From NCBI GenBank assembly GCA_000388065.2, contig KB932209.1: a DNA stretch of 13,812 nt; one strand, written 5' to 3'. Below, piece after piece: positions 1 to 9,381 of the stretch (position 1 is its first letter; each line of letters starts with the position of its first letter). A model generated the notes under the pieces. That model was given only the letters and a program-made list of their open reading frames with translations. It did no database searches and had not been told where the DNA came from. Position numbers and translations under genes: made by a program. Origin of the DNA: Fonticula alba ATCC 38817. Its lineage: Eukaryota; Protista; Nucleariida.

Positions 1-3000
1 TCCAGCACCCCTCAATCGAAGGGGTCTATGAGACCCGTGTGCCGTTGCTCTTCCGGGCTCTGTTGCAACTGGGCAACGCAGGACGCCTGGCTGCGGCTGC
101 AGCCGCGACGGCATCATCGGCGGCCTCTGCCAGCTCCTCCGGGCCTGGTGCCGATGCCGGGCTCTCCTTTGAACTGGATGCCCTGCATCTGGATGGCGAC
201 TGGCCGGCCAACAACTATCTGGCCAATACCGAAGGGCTGGATCGGACCCTGCCTCGGTCGGGTCACGGGTCTCGGGCCCTGGCAGCCGGGCCGGCCGAGC
301 GCCGGGCCGTGCGCCACGTCTTCCTCCATGTGTCTGGCTCGCCAGATGGCAAGCGCCTGCTTTTGGGCCTGGCCGTGCCGGATACCGGCCGGGTGCACAC
401 ATTCATCTGCGGCGCGCCGAAGTATGTTTGCCCCTCTCCCGCGCATCGCCCCTCCATCCCCCGACAGCATGCTGACACACCGGCCCTTTTGCTGATGCAG
501 TGCCCAGGGTCTTGGCAATATGGCCCGCCTCTATCGCGAGGCGCTCAGCTCGTTCCGCGAGCATACGGCCACGGACCCCTCCACGCCGGTGCGTCCCCTG
601 CCTTGCCTCCTCGGCCTTGTTGGTTGCTTGTCTCCTCCCCTGGCTCCTTGCTCCTCGGCTCACATGCCTGCTTGTTGGTCATTCCTCGCGCCCTGTGGTC
701 GCCATGCCTGTCACGGCCCCGCCATGCTTGCAATACCCCCTGTGCCCAGGCCTCCTTCGAGTATCCGGAGGAGGTGACCGTGTCCTCGCGCGTGGTCAAG
801 GCCCTGGATGATGCAACCTTGCGCTCGGTCAGTGGCATCATCAGTGCCCTGGTGGCCGAGCACCGGGGCTCGGTGATGCTCAATGTGCAGGTCCAGCGCC
901 TGGCACACAGCCCGACCGAGCTGGGGGCCCTGACGCATGTTGTCGGACGGATCAATCACTTCCTCGACACGCCGGTGCCCTTCCTCCGGGTGCCCTTCCC
1001 GCATCGCGGGGAGGCCCTCGACGCCGGGGAGGGTGGCGATCCGCTTCTGTGGCAATCACGCGCTGGACGCCTTTTCCTGGCGCAGTTCCTCGGCTGCTCG
1101 GGCTTCGTGGCCGAGCAGCTGGCCCTTGCCCGGATGGCGCGGCTGCCATTGTGTAACCTGTCCGGGCTGGGGGCCCCGTTGGCCGGGCCGCCGTTGGCCG
1201 GTGGAGACCACATGCTCCTGATTTCGGACATTCTCTTTGCGCGCGTGCTCAAGAGCCATGATTGCCTGATCTGGGCCTCGGCCACCCCGCTGCCGGACCT
1301 CGGTGGCAAGGAGCACGAGGAGGCCGTCCTGCTCGGGGACGAGCTGGACTTCCTGCGTCAGACCGGCAGCGGTGGCTCGAGCGAAAGCGCCTCGGCCTCG
1401 GGCGGGCGATCGACCGCCACCACGGCCGGTGTGGCCTTGCTGGGGGACTCGGTCGTGCCGGCGGTCAGTCGTGCCGGCGCCTACCGCACGGTGTCCGTGG
1501 AGTTGGACTTGTCGAACTTGCCCTTCGCCGCGGTGATCGCCTCCTCGCACATGAGCGACTCCAGTGACTTGCTGTTGGCGGCGGAGGCCGCCGCACCGGG
1601 GGCCACGCTGGAGGGCGTCGGCCGGGGGCCCGGGGCCCCTGGCGCCGGTGCAGCCAGCTCCAATGCCCCACTTGCCGGGCCGGATTCCCTGAGCGTCGAA
1701 GTTCGCCGGGGGGCCGGGGCAGCCGGTGCGGCGGCCCGTGAGGCTGCCCTGGCGGCCGGGGCCGACGAGGTGGCCGCCCAGGCGGCCGGCGAGGAAGCCG
1801 TCGCGTCCTTCCTCCTGACGGCCGCCCTGACGGAGCCGTCGGCCCTGCTTCTGGTGGACGAGTATTCGGCGGTGTATTCGGCCTTCCGGCTGCTGAAGGC
1901 CCTTCTGGGTGGGTGGTCTTTCGAGGCGCTGAAGCGCAACCGGGACCGGGCCAGCAGTGGCAGCGGCAACTCCCCGACGGCCCTCTTTGCGGAGCTCCTG
2001 CTGCGGAATTTCAACCGCTGGCTGCGCACCCCCGGGTCGCTGATGTATGACCCGCTGCTGTTGCGGCACATCCGGCGCCTGGTTCGGCGGATTTTCGCCC
2101 GCCTCCGGGGCGAGGTCGAGCGTCTGGGCAGCACGGTGGTGTATGCGGACCTGAACAAGGTATGCCCGAAGCCCATGCACAGGTGTCAGTGCTTTCCCCT
2201 TCTGTGCTGGCCTCCCCCTCGCCGAGGCTCTCATTGGGCATTCCTCTTGCCTACTGCTGCTCCTTCCCCCCCCCCCGCCGCCCCCCCTCCGACATTGACC
2301 CCCCTCCCCCCCCCTCTCCGCCGGACACAGCTGATCATCAACACCAACAAGACGACATTGGCTCACTCGAATGCCTATGTGCGTTTCCTGGTGGGAACCA
2401 TTCGCAAGCAGCCGCTCTTTGCCTGGGTGGCCATGAAGCCGGTTCGCGTGTGGGACTATCTTCTCTGGCTGGATCGGGCCAATTTCGGTGGGTGCGCTTT
2501 CGAGGAGCATGCCCCGGCTGGCGATGGTACCGCCACCACTGGCGGCGGCTCCTCCGCGGCCCAGCCTCTGGTGCTGATGCACTGGAATATCCAGCGCTTC
2601 TTGCCCCCGCGCCTGGAAGCCCTCTTCCAGTCAATCATCCACGAGCTGATTACCCTGGTGCATGCACGCATCGGCGAGGAGCGCACTTGTACGTGTTGCA
2701 GGCCTTTATGCTGATTGGGGCCTCCCGGGCTGCACCCTTCTGCCCCCCCCCCCCCCCCACCCCTGGTCACTTGTCGAACCGTGCTCTCGTTACCAATTGT
2801 TTGGCCGCCTTTTCCGTGCCGGATGCTGACCCTCATTTTCGCTTCCCCGGGTGCGCTGCTCCTGCCTTGGCCATGCCAGACTCGCTGCTCACTCGGCGCC
2901 TGCAGTTCCTCCAGCCCTTGCCGCAGGGTGACTCGGCAGCCGGGGACCGACATGAAGACGCGGCCGCGGCGCAGGAGGCTGCCCGTGCCGAGGCCGCATC

Positions 3001-5114
3001 CGCTGCCCAGCTGGACCCCTTCGACTTTGACACGCTGCTGGATGCCCCTGTGCCGGACCTCCCGGCCGCGGACTCCGGAGCGCCAAGCCTGCTGGATGCT
3101 CGCACCTACGCCGAGCGCCTGGTCATCAACCATATTGGGCACCTGCTGCTGCTGCCGCCGGTCCATGAGATGTTCCGTTCCGGGGTGCGCTTTGTCAGCC
3201 AGTCGGCCTGGGATCAGATTGTGGCCGATCGCCGGGCAACCTTCCAGGCCCGGCGTGACCGGTACCAGGCCGCGCGCCGGCGCGAGGAGCAGGACCTCTC
3301 GGATGCCGAGGACGAGGAGGCCGGGGCCTTCGGCGATGCCGAGGAAGACCGGTACCTATCGAGCGATGAAGAGGAGCGCAACCGGCTGCTCTTCGGCTCC
3401 TCCTCCGACGAGGCAGAGAGCGAGGAGGATGACGACGAAGAGGAGGGCTACAGCTCCGAGGAGTTCCTCTCCGACGAGCACTTTGCCTCCGAGGTGGACG
3501 ATCTCAGCGACGGGGACTTTGGCATGAGCAGACGCACGGCCCGTGCGGCGGCGCGCCTTGACCGTCTGAGCGACAATGAGACCGACCCCGGCATCGGCCA
3601 TGGCGATGACCTGCTCAGCCGGTTTGGCGAGTCGGACGAGGACGAGCAGTCCCGGCCGAAGAAGGCGAAGCCCACCGACCGGGGCTCTCCAGCTCGAGAG
3701 GCGCGGGTCCTGGCCCGGCATTCGGACAGTCGCGATGCTCCATCCGGGCGCCGTGCTGGTCGGTCCGGGCGCCCCACCGGGTCCGGGCGTGGGGCAACAC
3801 GGCCGGCCCGTCCGGCCCGGTCGCCATCGCCCGGGCGCCAGGCCGAGATCGCGCGGCGCCAGGCCGAGCGCGACGCTCGACGCCAGGCGCGCGAGGAGGC
3901 GCGCAACGCCATCCTCCTGGAGGGTGCGGATCTTGTGCTGCCAGCCCCACCGGGAAGTTACCTCGACCCGCTGGTGTGTCCGCCGCTGGTGGAGTTCGTC
4001 AAGTATGTCATCCAGGTGATTGCCCTGGATCGGCAGTTTGAGCGCTCGGTTACCGTCCTGCGAAAGGTGCGCGCAAACCCTCACAGGTTGGTAGGTGGGG
4101 GCGGGGGGGGGACGGAAGGAGGGCCAGGCATCGTCGTTTCTCTTCTTTTTTTTTTTCCACGGTATTTCCCTCGGCCCTGACATGTCTTTGTTTTCCCCCC
4201 TTCAGAACTCCCTCTCCCTGATGGGGATTGGCGAATTTGCCTCGGGCGCCATCTTCCGGAACCCCTGCTTGTCGTTCCTCCTGACGGATGTGATCTGCTC
4301 ATTCTGCCACAGCTGCCGCGAGGTGGACCTCTGTCGGGATATCGATGCCATCGGGCCGGACCAGCAGAGTTGGATTTGTCTGGATTGTGACAACCTGTGC
4401 GTCGCCCTGGACAATGGCCAGTGCCCTCGGTCCCACTGATTGTGCCGCATGCGCGGCCGCTCTCTTCTTCTTCTTCTTCTTCTTCTTCTTCTTCTTCTTC
4501 TTCTTCTTCTTCTTCTTCTTCTTCTTCTTCTTCTTCTTCTTCTTCTTCTTCTTCTTCNNNNNNNNNNTTCTTCTTCTTCTTCTTCTTCTTCTTCTTCTTC
4601 TTCTTCTTCTTCTTCTTCTTCTTCTTCTTCTTCTTCTTCTTCTTCTTCTTCTTCTTCTTCTTGTTCTTGTTCTTGTTCTCCTTTTCTTTTTGGCCCTCCC
4701 TTGACTGACTTCCTCACCCGTGCTCACTTGGCCGTCCCCGCTTTTTCCGGCCACCCTGGCACTGTAGCTATGACAAGGCCAAAATCGAGCAGCGCCTGAT
4801 CGAGCACCTCTACCGGCGTGTCACCGCCTTCCAGCAGCAGGACCTCGCCTGTCGGCGCTGCGGCACGGTATGTCCCCTTGCACCACCACACCATGCCCGT
4901 GTAGGCACGCGAGAAAGCTTCCCATTCCCCTGACACGTATGACTGCCCCTCTGCCCTTCCCCTCCCCCAACCCCAGGTAAAGGACAACCTGATGCAGCGG
5001 TTCTGCAAGTGCTCCGGCACCTTTGAGCTGGCTTTCAGTGTCGAACACATCCGTGAACTGTGCGTTCCGCTCTGGACAATCGCCTTTCTCTTCGCCCCTC
5101 TCCACATGGGGGTT

Positions 5115-5167
<53 letters not shown>

Positions 5168-5378
5168 ACACGCTTACACCTGCTAACACACACAAACACG
5201 CCCCCACACGCGATACTTTGTCTGACTGGCCTGAACCGGACGACAAAAAAAAACCCACCTCTCGCACAGGCTCCACACCTTGAACACGATCGCCAGGCAG
5301 TACCGGCTTAGCATGCTGCACGGAATGGTGCGGAGGCTGGCCAACCAGAGCAATATCACGCTTTCGTCCCCGGGCTGA
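1..5378 (+). CDS. POLE: DNA polymerase epsilon catalytic subunit, C-terminal half (inactive polB-like region/DUF1744 plus CysA/CysB motifs); 5'-partial and spliced
   Basis: Exons <3-421, 501-588, 750-2159, 2331-2688, 2880-4066, 4206-4396, 4768-4867, 4977-5059, 5270-5378 (TGA 5376-5378). All introns are GT..AG and the phases join (3945 nt = 1315 codons). Motifs matching human POLE/yeast Pol2 as recalled: IEGVYETRVPLLFRAL, SDILFARVL..IWAS.TPLPDLGGKE, YRTVSVELDL, RWLRTPGSLMYDP, ERLGSTVVYAD, LLWLDRANFGG, HWNIQRFLP, LVEFVKYV, GEF..GAIFRNPCLSF, CysA CSFC..CLDC, CysB QDLACRRC..FCKCSG. Confidence 0.97.
4463..4678 (+). repeat. (TTC)n / (GAA)n microsatellite inside POLE intron 4397-4767, ending in (TTGTTC)3
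   Basis: Pure TTC repeat 4463-4557 and 4568-4660, interrupted by a 10-N gap. The true length is unknown. Confidence 0.98.
5117..5171 (+). repeat. (CA)n microsatellite in the last POLE intron
   Basis: About 23 perfect CA units at 5117-5162, then a TA interruption and further CA. Confidence 0.97.
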
Positions 5379-5720
5379 TGGGGCCCGCGTGATCAACCAA
5401 TACATCCCACGGCTACCCATCCGTGTGTACTTCGATGTGTATCGCCCTTTTTCTTGTGTCCCTTCAATTGCCAGCGCCCCTACCTGGAGACCCCCACTGG
5501 TCTTGTTTCACTCCCTCTTCCTTGTCTCTCCTCCCCCCCCCCTCCTCCCTCCCCCCCTCTCCGCGCACACACAAACTCACGGGACGCGCAAGATTTTGGG
5601 GCACCCGTCTTGCTGTCGCACCGCACCTGTTCCCCTGTCCATTGTTTCCTCCATCTGCCTCCCTTTCCACCCGCCTCGCTCGCATCCCCTTTCTCCCGCT
5701 TTCTCCCTGCCCCCGACACC

Positions 5721-7608
5721 ATGGCCAGCACTGCGGCTCCCGCCAACAAGGCCCCCTGTCCGGCGACCATGGCCGGCGCGGCCATCAAGGCGGCCCACGC
5801 GCCAGCCGAACAGTATCAGGAGCACTTCCACGAGACGTTCAAGCGACTGGTTCGCATTACGGCACGCATGTTCTTCCAGTCAGCACACGTCGTCATCTTG
5901 GATGCGCTGCTCACCCAGCGGTATGCGCCTGTGCTTGGACATTGCGGAAAGGCTTGACCCTTCTCTCCGGTCTTCTGTCATTGGGCCTAACGTGGGTCAT
6001 CCCCCTTTATCTCCTCCCCTTCCTCTTGCCTCTCTTTCCCCCTCCCTCCCCTGCTGTCTGTTGCTTGTAGCTGCACGGCACAGGAGCTGTCAGCCATGCT
6101 GCACTTGTCGCAAAACCGTATCCAGACGGAAATGGGCGCCCTCAAGGGGCTGGTCAAGATTGAGTCCGTTCTTCCCCCGATTCGCCGGGCCCTCGCCCGC
6201 GCCACCAAGCAGCACCCCTCCGATGTGCCTGCGCTTACCTCCTTTCTTCCCCTCCTTCTCCCCCTCCTCCTCCCGTCGCGCAGGAAAGATGCCCGTGAGA
6301 ATAAGAGCAAGGCCGGCCAGATGCAGAACATCGATCTCTTCAGGATCGATTGCCTGAACTTCATTGTTCTCATCCGGTGGAAGGTGGAGATGCTCAACCG
6401 GCAGCTGGATAGCGCCTCAGCCGTGCGTACTTTCTGCGCCATCCTTTCTNNNNNNNNNNNNNNNNNNNNNNNNNNNNNNNNNNNNNNNNNNNNNNNNNNN
6501 NNNNNNNNNNNNNNNNNNNNNNNNNNNNNNNNNNCCCCCCCCCTCCCCCTGCCCACACTGTTCATCCTCTGCATGTGCCCCCTGATGTCTGCTCGCAGGA
6601 GGAGAACAAGAAAATCTTCCGCTGTAACCGCTGCGACAACACGTACACCTTCCGTGGTGCGATGTTTCGAATGACCCAGACTGGCGGGAATTACGTCTGC
6701 CCCGAGGACGAGGTATACATTCGCTGGACAATCTCCTGATTGCTCGCCCCTGCTCATGTCCCCAGATACCTGGTGATCTGTTCGCTGGCTCCGCTCCATC
6801 TCTCTCTTACACACACATGTACACACCCTCTTCAGACGGTCCTGGATTCCATCGTGCGCAATGACCCGCAGCCCAACTCCGAGCGCATGCTCTCCCAGCT
6901 GAAGCCGCTCCTAAATCTGCTGGAAGAGGTCCAGAAGATGAACAGGTTCGTACGCTGACCACCCTTCGCCCTGCCGCGGCTGGCCATGCTGACCATCCCT
7001 CTCTCTCCTGCCCTCGTCTGCGCCTCACAGTTGGGATCTCGACGGCCGGCTGCCGCCCACGATACCGAATGCTCCCTCTGGTATGTGGCTCCTGCCCCCT
7101 CCTGGGTGTCAAGCTGCCCGCCTGCATCTTTCTGACCATGCCCTGACCCTTTGCGTCCCATCGCGGCCCGCCCCCCCCCCACCCACCCGCAGGACGCTAC
7201 TCGCGTGGCGGTGGCTTCAGCGGCATCGGCCTCTCGGGATCCAGCGACTTCTCGGTGCGCGTGGCCACCATGGAAGAGCTGCTGGCGAAGCAGGCCAGCG
7301 GCAAAAAGCGCATCCACCTGGGCATTCCGGAGTACCTCATGCCGAACCTGTCAATTCGCCTCGGAGCACCGAGCCGGACGGACGCCGGGCGTGACGGAGC
7401 CGACGGGTCCGGGGCCGACTCGGAGCGCGATCTGTCCGAGCTGCTGACCCGAGCGATGAGCACCGATGTGCGCCTTGCTCGGGCCCGGCTGCTGGGCCTG
7501 GATCCCACCCCGGCGGCTCCGTACGACTCGTATACCGGCTTCATTGCTGATACCACCACGGATCTGACATTCTTCGGGTCAGGTGGCTCGGAAGACAGCA
7601 AAACCTGA
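5721..7608 (+). CDS. GTF2E1: General transcription factor IIE subunit alpha (winged helix plus zinc ribbon), 373 aa, spliced
   Basis: Exons 5721-5920, 6071-6163, 6284-6422, 6599-6712, 6836-6945, 7031-7080, 7193-7608 (1122 nt, in frame). FKRLVRITARMFFQSAHVVILDALL matches the TFIIE-alpha/Tfa1 N-terminus. FRIDCLNFIVLIRWKVEMLNRQLD matches the YFINY..VNVVKYKLDHMRRRIE segment. FRCNRCDNTYT..YVCPED is the zinc ribbon, followed by LSQLKPLLNLLEEV (cf. NEQIEPIYALLRE). The last two exons and the 6946 donor were assigned mainly by phase. An in-frame second ATG lies at 5769. Confidence 0.88.
6450..6534. other. Assembly gap (85 N) in a TFIIE-alpha intron
   Basis: N run flanked by a C tract. Confidence 0.99.
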
Positions 7609-7669
7609 AAGGCGGCCCCGTTGCCCCAGGGTGCGCATGCGTGTGTAGGCATGCCCGTGGGGGGGGGGG

Positions 7670-7750
7670 NNNNNNNNNNNNNNNNNNNNNNNNNNNNNNN
7701 NNNNNNNNNNNNNNNNNNNNNNNNNNNNNNNNNNNNNNNNNNNNNNNNNN
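7670..7750. other. Assembly gap (81 N) between the convergent TFIIE-alpha and HMBS 3' ends
   Basis: N run. It probably hides all or part of the last HMBS exon. Confidence 0.99.
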
Positions 7751-7784
7751 CCGGGCCCGGCCACCCCAACGGGGCCTCGCCCCC

Positions 7785-7810
7785 GGGGGGGGGGGGGGGG
7801 GGGGGGGGGG
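7785..7810 (+). repeat. G26 homopolymer (C26 on the HMBS sense strand) in the last visible HMBS intron
   Basis: Directly visible, about 35 nt from the 7670-7750 gap. Confidence 0.9.
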
Positions 7811-7887
7811 ATCGAACCACTCGGGAGTGCGGATATATGGGGGAAAGAAGGGAGCATGGGAGGGGGAGGAAGAGGGGAGGGGCGTAC

Positions 7888-8934
7888 CCAAGGGCCACGG
7901 CGTCCGCGTTGGAGGCCACCCTCCGGGAGAGAGCCGCCTCCACCGAGCGCTTGCCATCGAGCGAGAAGACCGCCGCGTCGAGGGTCATGACAGCCGGCGA
8001 GCCAGCCGGGCCCAGGGCCGGAGCAGTGTCATAGTGGCTTCGGATGGCCAAGGGCAGGCTGCAGCCACCATTGAGAGACCGGAGCACCGAGCTGGAAGGG
8101 CCACATCGGCCCCGGGGGGAGGGAGAGGGAAAAGGATGGCAGTCAGAAAAGGAGATGTCGGGCCAGCCCAGAGGCGTGTACATGTGCGCGGGGGATGGTG
8201 ACGTACCGCTCGGCCTCCACGCGCCAGCGGCTGCCAGCATCCTCGCAGGCCACCTGGACCAGGGCGAGAGCAGACCCATCGGTGGCGGCCACTTCGACGC
8301 CGAGGGCACCCTGGCCGACGGCATAGCGCTCGTCGCGCAGACGCACACTGATGCGCGAGGCAAAGTCCGGTCCCAAGCGCCGGAGGCCCGCCGCGGCCAG
8401 GATGAGGGCGTCGTACCCGCCGCTCGGGGCGTCGAGCTTCCCCAGCCGGGTGGCGATGTTGCCGCGCTGAGAATTCATTGGCCGAGCGGGGACCGGCGAG
8501 ACACGGGGGAAGAAAAGGGAAGGGGGGGGGGTTAGGGCTGACCGGCAAAGGCAACGAGCGGCCCCGGGGAGGGGGAGGCGAAGGGCAGCCCCCGGTCGGG
8601 GGAGGGGGGGGGGGGAAGACGCACCACCACTTTGAAGGTAAAGTGATCGCCATAACGGTGGGACAGCTGGGCCGCGCGACGCAGGGAGCTGGTTCCGATG
8701 ACCGACCCCCGGGGGAGGACCTCGCGCAGGTCGATCTTCACCCCGGCATACTGGGTCTGGGGATCGTCGACGGCGTTGGGATCGGCCGGAACCAGGGCCG
8801 CGGCCGGCAGACCGGCCGGCGGTGGGGCATCAGCTCGGAGGACCAGCGCATCGTACGGATCGAAGCGCTGAGGCACGGCGGCCAGAGTGAATGCTGTGAA
8901 TGAGCAGCGAGCAGCAGAGAAGGGGGTAAGAACG

Positions 8935-8966
<32 letters not shown>

Positions 8967-9381
8967 CGGTCACGAGAGTGCCGGTGATGGCGAGCATGGT
9001 TGAGTGGGGGATCGGGTAGGCCAGCGCACCGGTGCGACCGGTGGTCGGCAGGTCCTTCAGGCTGTGGACAAGCACATGGGCATCGCCCCGGTGCAGGGCC
9101 GCGTCAAGTTCCCGCGTCCAGAGGTCCTTCTCGCCTGCGGGCTTCGGCGGGACCAGATGCCCCGAGGGGGCGGCGGCAGCGGGGGGCGTGTCCGTCTGGG
9201 ATTCCAGCCGCGAGAGCTCCGCCAGCGAGACATTGAGGTTCCGGTCGCCGACGGTGTCCAGCTTGAGGAGGCTGACATGGAGGGTATTATCATGGCCGGT
9301 CAGGAGCCCCCGGACCTCCTCGGCCTGGGCGACGGCCAGTGGAGAGGCCCGCGAGCCGATGACCAGATTTGTGCGCGACAT
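7888..9381 (-). CDS. HMBS: Porphobilinogen deaminase / hydroxymethylbilane synthase (HemC/Hem3), spliced; final exon not resolved
   Basis: Minus-strand exons 9381-9030, 8893-8625, 8466-8207, 8091-7888, with consistent phases. Motifs: [34 protein letters not shown] (catalytic Asp), [76 protein letters not shown] (cofactor-binding Cys). No transit peptide precedes the first motif. A GTACGC donor at 7887 leads towards the G26 run and N gap, so the stop codon is not visible. Confidence 0.95.
8935..8964 (+). repeat. (GGC)10 trinucleotide repeat in HMBS intron 1
   Basis: Ten perfect GGC units inside minus-strand intron 9029-8894. Confidence 0.95.

Noticed and set aside
465-467. Alternative CAG acceptor for POLE intron 1
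   Set aside because: It leads to TGA at 493-495. The acceptor at 500 restores NAQGLGNMARLY, matching the POLE alignment.
1056-2582. 508-aa minus-strand ORF, and other long antisense ORFs such as 3356-4183 and 7197-8363
   Set aside because: These are shadow ORFs from GC-rich codon usage opposite real exons, with no family motifs. 7197-8363 contains only HMBS exon 4 as real minus-strand coding sequence.
39-2714. 891-aa single ORF
   Set aside because: It reads through three POLE introns and reads the 501-588 exon in the wrong frame. The homology-consistent model is spliced.
4202-4799. Poly-E/R/K/S/L/F ORFs
   Set aside because: Translations of the intronic (TTC)n microsatellite and N gap.
4724-5420. 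CVCVCV / THTHTH ORFs
   Set aside because: Translations of the intronic (CA)n repeat.
7614-7776. 10-bp inverted repeat (ggccccgttg) on either side of the 7670-7750 gap
   Set aside because: Too short and GC-rich to distinguish from chance; no TSD or element body is visible.
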